Source: an uncultured Nitrospinota bacterium
GTDB lineage: Bacteria > Tectomicrobia > Entotheonellia > J063 > CAVPRW01
DNA: 64,000 nt
NCBI GenBank assembly: GCA_963707985.1
Contig: CAVPRW010000012.1
Coordinates: 36,444-100,443 of the forward strand
Reading direction: 5' to 3'
A program made the position numbers and the translations under genes. The notes below the pieces were generated by a model. The model was not told the DNA's origin. It was given only the letters and a program-made list of their open reading frames with translations, and made no database searches. How positions within the stretch are numbered: position 1 is the stretch's first letter; each line of letters begins with the position of its first letter. Shown here one piece after another: positions 43,212 through 54,446 of the stretch.

Positions 43212-43424
43212 GCATCCCTCTGTCTACTACGCCATACCATCGAGCAACTCTCTGCTGCATTGCATTTTATCACATGACGAGCGCACAGGAGTACTTGCAC
43301 GGTGAACGTGTTCACAAGGTGAGGATGATGGCCTGGATTTACCAACAACAATCCTGAGAAGCGTTACCTTGGTTAGGCATGTACACGTTGCCCCTGTCCT
43401 CCTGAAGCCTACTGATACTCAACT

Positions 43425-43680
43425 ATAATGGGAATAGCGCCCAGGCGAGCCCCCAAAAATATCTATCCTGGTGAGCCCCCTTCTGTGGTATACCGATCAA
43501 AATAATGGCCATAACCGTTTCCTTGGGAAACGACGTGGGACGTGGTTATGGTCCGACCGTATCAGGAGTGGATGCGAGCCTGCCGTGATGCGAATATCCG
43601 TCAGTCCCTATTCGACGAGGCGGTGGCGGGCATCGTCGCTCAGGAGGGGTCGCGAAGACCGACGTGGATCGAATACCTGT
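43425..43680 (+). pseudogene. Deleted paralogous copy of the deacylase locus (upstream region + internal fragment)
   Basis: 43425-43527 aligns to 36048-36152; the following sequence encodes VMVRPYQEWMRACRDANIRQSL, similar to VMARPYQERMQAFRDPTIRQAL at ~37310. Confidence 0.75.
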
Positions 43681-43980
43681 CCTTACCCGGAAGTTCGACG
43701 ACCACCAGGCGTGCTTTGGTCCGTCGAGATTCGATTTAAGATCGGCAGAGGGGCCTCCTTCAGTCGCCTAGCAAGTAATCATCCGGTAGGTTTATGGCAC
43801 GTTCTTTGGGGATACTTGCGGTTGCATACTGCTCTACTATGATGGCCTGGAGAGGCTTATACAGATGAGGATCCTCGCGATTGTGCAGGCAGACGGTCAG
43901 CCCTGGCACCTTTACAATGCCCCCTGATGTCGTCTCGTTGGAACGGATACCTGTCCCCGCAAAACACAAAGGAGAACATC

Positions 43981-45381
43981 ATGGCATCACTTAGCCGACA
44001 GCTCGCGCAGTGGATCGTAGGTCTCCGCTATGACGATCTTCCTCCCGCAGTGATCGATCGCGCCAAGGGGGTCACACTGCACAGCCTCGCCTCCGTGCTC
44101 CTGGGCTCGCAGTTACCAAGCGGCCAGCAGGCCGTGAAGCTCATGACCGACGAAGAAGCAGGTGTGCGCCGTGGCGCCACCATCATGGTGGATGGCACCA
44201 TGGTGACCAAGGGCGGGGCCGCCTTTGCCAACTCAGAGATGGCGATGGCCGGCGGTAAGCTGGACTCCTTCCGCATGCTCACCCACCCCGGCACCAGCAT
44301 CGTGCCGGGTGCCTTCGTCGCGGCGGAGACCGCAGAGGCCTCCGGCCGGGACTTCCTCACCGGCCTAGCGGTCGGTTACGAGGTCATGGAACGTTTGGCG
44401 GCCGACTTCATTCCGACGGTGATGGCCCGCGGCTTCCACGCCGGCCCGGTGTTCGGCATCTTTGGCCCCGCCGTGGCCGCGGCGAAAATCCTGCACTTGA
44501 ACGAGGAGCAGGTGAACAGTACCATCGCGCTCTGCGCGAGTTTGGCCGGTGGAAACCTGGAAGGGCCTCGCAGTGGTGGCCGTGCTCTGCGCGAGGGCGC
44601 CGCGGTGCGCAATGCCATGCTGGCGGTGGCACTAGCGCAGCAGGGGTATGTGGGCGGCGAGACCGTCCTCGAAGGCGATGCTGGCTTCTACCACGCCTAC
44701 GCGGGCAACAACAAGGGCCAGCTCACTTACAGTTTCGTCGGCGACACTCACACCAGTTTGGACAAGATCACCGCCGATCTGGGAAAGGAGTGGATGTTCC
44801 TTGAAACGCTCTACCGTATCTACTCGACGGCCGGTTACAACATCGCACACGTCGACGTCACAGCTGCACTCTGCAAAGAGCACGACATCAGATATGAAGA
44901 CGTGGATCGCGTCGAGGCCGTGGTGAACTGGCTGGAGACGCAGTATCCCAGCCCGGCCTTCCCAAGCCGGCGGGAAGATCTGACGCCGAGGCCGGGGAGC
45001 ACGCCTTACTATACGGCGTACGGCGTCGTCGAGCGCAGCTTCCCCGTGTTGCGGGGCTCAAGGGTTAATTCTGCTGATGGGAATGACCCGCCCGAGGTGA
45101 TTGATCTGATGAAACGAGTAACGCTGATTCCGTCGCACCGAATGACGCTCTTCGGTCCGCGCATCACCATCTACACCAAAGACGGCAAGCACTATACGAA
45201 GCAGTCCACCGGACGTGAATTCATGTGGGACTTCGAGGAAGAAGCGCGCCGGATTCGCGACGTCATCCCAGGGCTGCCGATCCCAGCGGCGCAGTTCGAG
45301 GACATCATTGCCACCTGCCGCAACCTCGACGGCCAGGACCGGGCCGCCAAGCTTATTCAACTGACGCGGAAGCCGGCGTAA
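43981..45381 (+). CDS. MmgE/PrpD family protein
   Basis: LRYDDLPPAVIDRAK, HPGTSIVPGA, GYEV, RGFH, LEGDAGFY; AAGGAG RBS. Confidence 0.9.
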   Translation: MASLSRQLAQWIVGLRYDDLPPAVIDRAKGVTLHSLASVLLGSQLPSGQQAVKLMTDEEAGVRRGATIMVDGTMVTKGGAAFANSEMAMAGGKLDSFRMLTHPGTSIVPGAFVAAETAEASGRDFLTGLAVGYEVMERLAADFIPTVMARGFHAGPVFGIFGPAVAAAKILHLNEEQVNSTIALCASLAGGNLEGPRSGGRALREGAAVRNAMLAVALAQQGYVGGETVLEGDAGFYHAYAGNNKGQLTYSFVGDTHTSLDKITADLGKEWMFLETLYRIYSTAGYNIAHVDVTAALCKEHDIRYEDVDRVEAVVNWLETQYPSPAFPSRREDLTPRPGSTPYYTAYGVVERSFPVLRGSRVNSADGNDPPEVIDLMKRVTLIPSHRMTLFGPRITIYTKDGKHYTKQSTGREFMWDFEEEARRIRDVIPGLPIPAAQFEDIIATCRNLDGQDRAAKLIQLTRKPA

Positions 45382-45442
45382 GCTCCGCACGGCCAGGCGG
45401 CTCTGGGCGAGGGGGCGCTAGAGAGAACTGAAGGGAGGCACG

Positions 45443-46525
45443 ATGGAGAAAGTCATCGCAACGGTGACGGCAGAAGAGTTCCACCAGCGGCTCCACGACA
45501 ACCACATGTACGGGCTCTGGGAGCTGGCAAGCCAGATGACGGGTCACCCGATGCCGGAGATGAGGGCGTGGATGTGGAAGTGGTGGCTGCTGGACGCCAT
45601 CATCAAGCAGTCGGGGGAGGTGATCCCCGTTGGTGAAGAGCGGCGGGCGCTGCAGCTCTTCAACCCCGGCATGGGCGGGCAGTGGGCGACGACGAATACC
45701 CTCATCGCCGCCATCCAGCTGCTGCTGCCGGGAGAGGTGGCGCGAGCGCACCGGCATACGCCGACGGCGATCCGCTTCATCCTCGAAGGGAGCGGCGCCT
45801 ATACCGCCGTCGAGGGGGAGCGGGTGTACATGGAGCCGGGGGACTTGGTGTTGACGCCGAACTGGCAGTGGCACGACCACGGGAACGAGACGGACCACCC
45901 GGTGGTATGGATGGATGGGCTCGACATCCCGCTGGTGCGGTCCCTGAATACGATGTTCTTTCAGATGTACACGGAGAGGCAGGTGCCGGCGACGAAGCCG
46001 GTGAATGCCTCGAAGGAGCTGTATGGCTATGGGCGTCTGTCCCCGACCTGGGTCAAGGAGCGGCCGCAGTCGTCACCGCTGCTGATCTACTCCTGGGACC
46101 AGACGCTGGAGGCGCTGCAGGCGCTCAGAGACCGTGAGGGGAGTCCCTACGAGGGCATCGCGCTGGAGTACACCCATCCTCAGACAGGCGGGCCATGCCT
46201 GCCGACCATGGGGTGCCACGTCCAGCTCATCCGGCCGGGCGAGCATCTGCAAGCGCGGCGGACCACGGGGAGTGCGGTGTTCTGCGTAGTCCAGGGGCAG
46301 GGGTACAGCGTGATCAATGGGGAGCAGTTCGTGTGGAGCAAGGGGGACGTGATCGCGTTGCCGTCCTGGGCCTTGTGTGAGCACGCCAACACGGCATCCG
46401 AGGATGCGGTGTTGTTCTCGATTCGGGACCGGCCGGTGATAGAGGCGTTGGGGTTTTATCGGGAGGAAGTGCTGGTGGAGAACGGGGGGCACCAGGAGGT
46501 GGTGGGGGTGTTTAGTCCGGAATGA
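45443..46525 (+). CDS. Gentisate 1,2-dioxygenase-like bicupin
   Basis: ERRALQLFNPG, PGEVARAHRH, WHDH, WMDGLDIP, PTMG. Confidence 0.9.
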   Translation: MEKVIATVTAEEFHQRLHDNHMYGLWELASQMTGHPMPEMRAWMWKWWLLDAIIKQSGEVIPVGEERRALQLFNPGMGGQWATTNTLIAAIQLLLPGEVARAHRHTPTAIRFILEGSGAYTAVEGERVYMEPGDLVLTPNWQWHDHGNETDHPVVWMDGLDIPLVRSLNTMFFQMYTERQVPATKPVNASKELYGYGRLSPTWVKERPQSSPLLIYSWDQTLEALQALRDREGSPYEGIALEYTHPQTGGPCLPTMGCHVQLIRPGEHLQARRTTGSAVFCVVQGQGYSVINGEQFVWSKGDVIALPSWALCEHANTASEDAVLFSIRDRPVIEALGFYREEVLVENGGHQEVVGVFSPE

Positions 46526-46539
46526 GGCCACCGTTCCTC

Positions 46540-46840
46540 CCGCCCGGACCTGCTGACCTGATGCCGCGGGTGGCGCTCATCCCGTCGCACCAGATGATGT
46601 GCTTCGGGCCGCGGATCACGATCTACACCACGGATAGCAAGCACTATACCAAGTGGGCTACCGTGCGCGAGTGCATGTGAGACTTCACCGAGGCGCGCTG
46701 GACTCTCGACCTCATCCCCGGCCCGCCGATCCTAGCGGCGCAGTTCGAAGCCATCCTCGCGACCCGCCGCGACCCCGACCGCCAAGATCGGGCCAACACA
46801 CTCATTCCGGTGACGCTGAAGCAAGCGTGAGACCTGCACG
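46540..46840 (+). pseudogene. Degenerate copy of the 3' end of the MmgE/PrpD gene
   Basis: CCCGTCGCACCAGATG...TTCGGGCCGCGGATCACGATCTACACC...AAGCACTATAC aligns with 45085-45390. Confidence 0.75.
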
Positions 46841-46896
46841 GTTTGCAGCGAGCAGGTTGGGGAGGCCTACAGGAAAGTTGGGAAGACCCAGGCCGG

Positions 46897-47283
46897 CTAG
46901 ATGGCTTGCTCGATCAGACCCATGACTCGCCACAGGTCTGTCGGACCACTCTCCCGCGCCTCCTCGTCCGGTCCAATATGCACATGGTCCGGGAATGTCG
47001 CAAGTTCGGCGTGGTGACGCGCGTTATCCCACCGATAACGGGTTTCTCCGGTGGGGGCTTGCCAGTGATAGCGATACTTCTCGCGGGAGATCTGATCCCG
47101 GCCCGGACCTTCTATCCGTATATATTCGGCAAAGAACAGTTTGGAGCCGTCGATGAGGTCGAGCGCGCCTTTGAGGTAAGCAGCGTAGGTGTCTTGCTCA
47201 TCGCACTCTATCCACTGACTCATCACCACTGTTGTGGTGGCCAGGAGCTGGAGGAGCGAGCGATAGTAGTCTCGGCTGGTCAT
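46897..47283 (-). CDS. DUF6516/TumE-like toxin
   Basis: KYRYHWQ...RWDNARHH..LATFPDHVH. Confidence 0.75.
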   Translation of the reverse strand: MTSRDYYRSLLQLLATTTVVMSQWIECDEQDTYAAYLKGALDLIDGSKLFFAEYIRIEGPGRDQISREKYRYHWQAPTGETRYRWDNARHHAELATFPDHVHIGPDEEARESGPTDLWRVMGLIEQAI

Positions 47284-47567
47284 CTGAGGCGGGCCAGAAT
47301 GTCACGCTTCCGGCTCCAGGTCTTTTTTCCCTGGGCGGCCGCATACCAGTCGAACCACTCCTGCTGATCTCCCAAAGTTCCGGCCTCGAAGCGATCTAAG
47401 AATTCTTCAGTGCTCATCCCATGGCGTTGTTCGAAGTCTGCACAGCGTAACTGGTAGGCAGAGAGCCGCCGCTGAGCGAATTCCAGGTGGGAGGCAATGC
47501 TCTCAGCGATGACGGCAGTGATCTCCTCCTCTGCATACCCTTCTGGAACATTCTGTAGGTATGACAT
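47280..47567 (-). CDS. Cognate antitoxin (TumA-like)
   Basis: FEQRHGMSTEEFLDRFEAGTLGD...FDW; GGAGG RBS; ATGA overlap with the toxin. Confidence 0.72.
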   Translation of the reverse strand: MSYLQNVPEGYAEEEITAVIAESIASHLEFAQRRLSAYQLRCADFEQRHGMSTEEFLDRFEAGTLGDQQEWFDWYAAAQGKKTWSRKRDILARLR

Positions 47568-47919
47568 GATCCCTCCTTCAGGCAAGAAGCCAGCCTTCAC
47601 CTGATCCCTTTATAACCTTCCACCGCCAGCGCTAGCAGGTATCTCATCGCTCCTGCGCTAGCCTGAGAGTGGACGTTTATGACTGTAATGGCTCGGGCAT
47701 ACGTGCGATGGCTTGTAGCTGATGCCTGATGGCTGCCAGTTGCTCATGCTGGAGAAGGTTTCGCTCCCATCGCTACCGTGCCGATTGGCAGACAGTGTAT
47801 CGCCTAAGGGCGTGGCGGCCAAGAGAGAAAAACAAACGGGCCGAACAGGCTTCTGCAGCCAACGCTGAAGCGGGCGTAAGATGCGCACCGCCACGTGGCT
47901 CGCGGGGTGGTAAGGCCTT

Positions 47920-48121
47920 GAGCACGCTCGTGCAGCAAGGCGCCGACGCCGCCCAGTGCACCTTGGCCGGGATTGAGCTCATGCACACGCCGCGGAAAGG
48001 CCAGCTGAAAGGTGGGGTCAAACAGGGCCACACATCGGCCGAACAATTCTACTCCCCGGCCGCGCAATTCCCCGCCCGGCACGGCTCTCTACATCATCGC
48101 TCAAAAATTTGCGACACAACC
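47920..48121 (+). mobile_element. IS6-family 3' remnant
   Basis: AAQCTLAGIELMH..RKGQ...AEQFY C-terminus; end AAAATTTGCGACACAACC. Confidence 0.75.
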
Positions 48122-48163
48122 AGTTATGTTGCCGCCTACCTGTTTTCTCAAACTCTTTATATT

Positions 48164-51100
48164 TCAAGCTGGACCAACATACCAGTGCGTTGGATAAGAT
48201 GGATAACCCGCTTCAATGTCAATCTCGCACGACATCACTCGTTCGACCTGTCGCTCCGCTGATTGTTCGAACGGGAAGGGCTCACGGTAGTTACATGCTC
48301 GCCAGTACCCTACCCCCTGATCAAGCCGTAGTATCCAGGCACTACCATCCGTCCAGGTGAATCGTAACTCTCGTGCGTGCGGCAATTGCTCCTGCCTCTT
48401 CTCCTCGAAAATAAACTGCCCTAGCCCTTCAAAAACTTTTTCAAATACCTGCTGCCTGTCAGTGGCGTCCCGCCAATCGTTGTAGAGCCAGTGGGGCTCC
48501 TGGGTATCATTCCGCTGCAACTGACTGGTGGTGATTACCAATTGGGTGCTGGCAACCAGGCCACCAGAATGCTCAGCCAATGCCCCGAGTAGTTCCCGTA
48601 GCAGCAACAGGGTGAGTGGAGAGCGAAGGTAGCGGTCACTATAGTGCAACGCAGTAAGCGGTTGTTCCCTATTAAGCAGTTTTTGGAGCTGGGGCACCTC
48701 ATCAAGAACACGTTGCCAGGCTCGCTGCCCAAATTGGCGGCATGAGCCGTTCAGTTCCTTGGCGATGGAGATCAGGAAGAGAGCCCCCGGTGTAGTACGT
48801 AAGTCTGGAGCGCTCTTATGAAGCCAACTGATTGGGATCAGAGGTAAAGGGTGATCCCTACTGACGCATACAAATTGAGCGCCATCCTTGCCACTACCCC
48901 ATTGAGAAGTCGGCGCCAGGGCATCTGGTTGGTTGACAGCCCAATAGATGGCGTGATTGTCACTGCCCATTGCCAGCACTAAGGGTAGCCTGTACTCCGT
49001 ATCTTCAGTTTCCACCGTGCTCTCAGAAAGGTACACTCGAGCCCCTGTCACTGCGGTCAATACGGCGAACTCATCGCGTTGGGACGCCATCAATTGTGCC
49101 ACCGTGCGCTGGGACACTATCAGGGAAAGTGTCAGTCCATATTCTTTAAGACGCAAGAGCTCGTCGCACAATCGCCAGTCCAACGGTTCCCAGGCCTCTG
49201 GGGGTCCGCCTAAAAAGACGCGGATTTCACGCATGGTGCGGCGCTGCAATTCGCGTCGCAGCGCTAGTGCTAGCGGTTCCATCTCCAGCTGAGTCTTAGG
49301 GCCAAACACCTGGAGTCCTGGGGGCAGAGCCAGCGCGTTGAGGAACGTTTCGTTGAGCAGGCAGAGGGCGCGCTTCCTATCAAGATCATCAAGGTGATGT
49401 TGAGTGTCGTAGGTCAGCAGGCACCCCTGGCACGCGACGTCACAATTTCGAGGACATTCCAGCACGGTCTTTGCTTCATGGAACAGCGTTGGTAACCAGT
49501 CGACGGCTTGCGAAACATAGCCAGCGCCACCACTGGCGGTGTCGAACAAATAGATAGAGTGTGTTGCATACCGCTCTGCACTTCGGCTCGGGCCGACCGT
49601 ACAGCCAATCTCCCGCTCTTCAATGCCAAGTCGCTCTGCAAGTGCACGCCGCAAAGCGACAGCTGTGGAATACGCCGTTACGGGGTCAATGGGGCGTCCG
49701 TTGGCAGGGTCATGCAATTGTATCTCCAAAACCTCAGTATGCGTGACGAGGCCTAGACGCAGTCCCTGCTTGATGGCCCATGGTTCATGACTGCCTGGGC
49801 AGGCGTGTTCGTTATCGTGGTTTTTTCCGCCACGTAGTCGTTTGTGGGGGATGAGATTGCCGCGTGCGTCGGCGAAGGTGCATGGGCGGTAGTTTTCCGT
49901 CCGAGGTCATTGAGTCGGCCCGGCCACAGCGGAGACAGAGGGCGTAGCCTTTATCATACAGCCCATCGGTACGATGGAACAGGGAGCCGCGCCGACTGAT
50001 ACGGTAACGCCCCAGGTTCGGCGAAGGCATGGCGAGCCAATCAGCGCCTTCCAGGGAAATCAGCGGATCGCGTACCGGGATGTATTGCGGAATGGTGATA
50101 TCGTTGTGAGGCTTCCAGCGAATATCGACAGCAAAGCCAGCCGGTTGCAGGTATTCGTACGCAGGTCAGGCTTTGGGGAGCAGGTTCGCGACAGTAGGGG
50201 CAACTGTTAGGCAGAGTTGGGCGCGTGCCGTTGCCGCCGCAGGCTCGACAACGCCATGCCCAGCGCAGCGATTGAATCTCCGGTGGCCCCTCCTGGTCTG
50301 GCGGGCATATGCCAGTTTAAGGTCACTCCGTCACTGCGATACACCCGACCGTCGAGCACCGTGTCGGTGCCTGGGGCGTAGTCGCGGACAGCAATCGCCA
50401 ATTCCCGGGAAGGATAGCCATGGCGTAGCGCGCGATTGTCTTCACGCTCCGAGTTCTTCCCGTCGTCGCCGACGAGTCAGCTCCTCCATCGTGGTGGTGA
50501 CGAAGGAGACCACTCCCGTCGGAAAGCCATAGCCAGGAAGAAAGTGCCGTGTCGCCAGCTCACTCAGGAGGTATTCCTTACGGATACGCTCGAGTTGCAA
50601 GCCGACAGCGCGTTCCGGCGTGCTATCACCCTCTCGCGTCCGCACGATCTCCAGACTGTCGAGCAGTGCCTGGATTTCGGCACGCCAGGACTCGGTGGAC
50701 TGAGTGATCATCGTTGCGGTGTTGGCCAGCAGATCCTCAACTTGGCGACCATCGAGACCGGTACGGTATAGCAGGTGTTGGAGGCCCTGATGCAGCGTTT
50801 CATCGTCTCTGGCTTCACTTGACACCAATGGCAAAAACGCTCAGCAGGGAGCGCTACTGTCTGTATGTCGTGGCCTCAAAGAACCAGCCAGCCGTCAGCC
50901 GCCGGATATCGTCCGGTGCCGACTGCGCGAGAAACGCTCGCAAGACTCAAGGCATTGACATGACGCTCCACGATGCGGGCATGCTCTGCAGCGAGACGCG
51001 AGGGACCGCCAGCACGGTAGTGAAGGGCCATAAGGGATTGCGAAAGACCGCTTCACCGTGTGGGGTGCTCTTACACAGGGTGAAGCTCAAGGCTACCGTT

Positions 51101-54100
51101 TCGCCACGACGTCCGGCACGTCCTGCTCGTTGCAGGAAATTGGCTGGATGGGGTGGGACATTGTTCATGGTCACTGCCGTGAGGCCGCCGATGTCCACGC
51201 CCATCTCCATGGTGGTTGAACAACTCAAGAGGTTGAGTTTTCCTGCCTTGAACTCGTTTTCGCGGTGGGTTAACGTGGCGCCGGGAATCTGGGCGGAATG
51301 CTCGACGCTCCGGAAATAGGGACTAAAGCGGGCAATACGGTCGTTCACGTTACTCCATGCCCCTAAGGCACGCAGGGAGAGGATGGTTGGGTCCGTTTCG
51401 AGCCACTGCTCCGCTGCGTCGGGCTCCGCTTCCAGCCAGAAGGGATGCGGCACGACCGGGCATAGCGACCTTTTGGCATTGAGCCAGATCCTCACGCGGT
51501 TTTTCGGGGAGGTAGGGCGTGATGCCACGAAACGTGATCGGCAGCAGCCGACGCGTCACCGGGCAGAGCCAGGCTTCGCGCACTTGCGTGATCTCGGCTT
51601 GTTGTCCGAGTTCTAGGTAGTAGCCCGATTCGGTGCGACTTAACAGCGGTCGCACCGCCTCCCACAGGGCATGTAAAAATTCCTCAATCAGCGTCTGGTC
51701 AGCTGTGTGCTCTGGGTCCAGCCTCAGGGCATAGACCAATAGCCGCACGAGCCGGGAGCGGCGCGTGACGGCTGTGCGAGCCGATGGCCAGAAACGTTGG
51801 GTGGGGGAGGTTTTCGTCTGTCCTGGGGCGACAATTAGAGTGGGAACGCCGGGATAGCCGATCCAGCGCAGCATGTCGCGTGCGATCGCAACGGACTTGC
51901 TGCCTCGAATGTGAAAATCAAGAGTCACCTGTACCAGGGCTCGCCATTCCTCCAGGGTTACCCCGTGCTGGGCCGCGACTGCCGGGACACTGGTGATCTT
52001 TGCTAATGCCGGGTAGCCAAGCTGCAGACAGTCCAATCGTTTCCAATGAGAACTGTCGTTTCGGCCGCACGAAGAACTCCCGCCATAGGCACAACTCGGC
52101 CAATTGACGATCATTCAAGCCGAACGTCTGGTCTTGCAGTGGCGGTAACAGCCAGCGTGTGAAAGCTGTCATTGGTAAGCAGCTTGTTCTGGGCTTCCTG
52201 CCAGCTCAACAGGCCAAGAGCAGGGGCTGACGCTGCCTGGAACTTCGCACGTTTTTCAGCAAGCGTATTGGCAAGCAAGGCTTCCAGAGAAGGTTTCTCC
52301 TTGATGGCTTGCTCCAGCTTGAGTGATTTCATGACGCAATGCATCCAACTCTTGACAAGCCGTTGGACGAGCCCGATCGGCAACACTGTGATAGAGCAGA
52401 CTGCGCACAAAGTCGCGCTCGGTTTCCAGCTGCATCTTGGCCGCGAAGCGCGCTGTCCCCTGGCGGCTGTCGGTGAAACTGATGCAGCCGTCGTCCATCG
52501 AAAGGCAGCGCAGAGGCATGTGCTTTTACCGATAGGGCGGCAGGTGGCGCAGCACGATCGGGATAGCGGTCTGTAACAGAAACGGGGCGCCCAGCCGTAC
52601 CGGACGGAAGAGATTCCCCTGCCGATCCCGTGCGTTGCAGCAAGGGCAGCACAGGATGTCCGTGACCATCTGGCGCGAGCAGATGCACCCGTATGCCCTC
52701 GCTGCTGGTGCCAGTCGAGGCGCCCATCGGCCGTAAGCGGACCTGTAAGCCGACCGGGTTGGCGTGAGCGATAGCGGGGCTCACCAGCAGGCGAGGCAGC
52801 CCGCGACTTGGGGCTGCGGCCTGCGGAGCTTCACCCTCCGACTCTTCTTCCTCTAAAGGCTCCAGTTCCTGCTGGAACTCATCCTCATCCTGGGCGTACA
52901 GACGCGGCTTCAGCCAGTCATGCCCCTTCTCCGATGACTTCTACAGCCGAGAGATGCTCAGCGCTACATTCTCCGCACTGCACCAATTCGTACACCGGGC
53001 TACCACACGACGTCACAATGCTGTCGTCGCTCCAGAAAGATCTTGCCAAAAGCCCAGACAGGAGTATCGAGGGCAGTCTGGCGCCGTCCTGTACACGCGG
53101 CATTCACGCAGGCCCAGAGCCCGTTGAGGGCACGGTGGAAAAAATGGCCACGTAAAGGCAACAGTGGCTCGTTCTTGTCGTTCACTGCCTGGGTGCACAG
53201 ATCCAGCAGTTGCAAGGTCGATCCGGCGGGCTTGTACACTCATCACTCCTACCAGGCGATGCTGGCCAGCTCCGAGAGGGGACGGGCCTGCTGGATCAGG
53301 GCAGAGCGTAACTGACGAACACACGGATCGGCAGCCAGCACCTGAAATACGCTCTCTAGGAGAGACAGCTGCTGAGGGCGGCGAGATCAGGATGTGGCGG
53401 TTGTCCTCGACGCGGAATGCCTCGGGCAGAGAGGGTACCTGGCGATTGCCCAAAGACCACGGATACCCGGTCAGGCGAAACCCCAGCGATGTCGGCCAGG
53501 AACGTGCGCAGCTGTTCGTCAGTGTTGTCCCCGGCGCCGGCGATGGTCGCTGAGGTGGCAACGAAGTGCACTTCGTCGGCGCGGCAGCCAAAGGCATGCA
53601 GCACCCGGCGTAGTAGAAGAGTCAGCTCGGCAGCTTGTGATCCGATGTAGTTGTGCGCCTCGTCAATGACGATCCAGTGCAGTTTGCCCTGGGACTGTGC
53701 CAGAATGGGTTTGTCTTCACTGCGCACCAGCATATATTCCAGCATCGTAGCATTGGTGACCAGGATTGGCGGTGGATTGGTCCGCAAGGTCTTGCGATCG
53801 GAGACTTCGCTTGCCCACACGGATTTCCCCTCACGCGGGGTATCACCGTTGTAGAGACAGTAGCGGATACGTCCACCGAATGATTCCGACCAGGCTGTCA
53901 GGCGGTCGCGTTGGCTTTTAATGAGGGCATTGAGCGGATAGAGGAATAACGCTCGCACACCCGTTAACCCACCTGCTTGCGCATCGAGTTCCGTTGCAAG
54001 GTCGTGCAAAATGGGGATGAGAAAACACTCAGTCTTGCCAGATCCGGTGCCACTGCTCACTAGCACTGATCGCGGCGGTTTCTCTTCAATGAGAGCCCGC

Positions 54101-54444
54101 CAGCTCTCTAGCTGCAGATGATAGGGCTGTCGTTGAACGGGCCATGCGTATTCCTCGACGAAAGCTTGAGGCGGTTCACGCAGGGCCCTGACGACGTCAG
54201 GATGGATCAGGGTGCCAGAGAGGTCACCGAGGGTGACCTCAGCAGGACGCCAGCCGAAGGTCGCCTCAAAAACGGGATCCGCGAGGAAGGAAGAGCCGGT
54301 ACCGGGAGCACTCTGGAATAACCCCCGCAGGTGCTCACGCAGTGGGTCGCTACGGAAACTCAGCAGTCCCAAGGCGGCGCGTGCTGCTCCTCGATTGAGC
54401 TGTTCGGCCAGCGAAGCGAAAAACCGTTGGGTAACCACGTTCAT
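48164..54444 (-). CDS. druE: Large DEAD/DEAH helicase with DUF1998 (DruE-like, ~2090 aa), many frameshifts
   Basis: SGTGSGKTE, YPLNAL, IDEAH, TSAT, FTDSRQ, TTMEMGVDIG, QRAGRAGRR, LPGYGFP, FDTASGGAGY, C-x3-C-x3-C-x2-C. Confidence 0.75.
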
Positions 54445-54446
54445 AG

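Noticed and set aside
48164..54444. DISARM DrmA/DrmB
   Set aside because: Helicase and DUF1998 appear to be in one gene, with a DruH-like partner and no other drm genes
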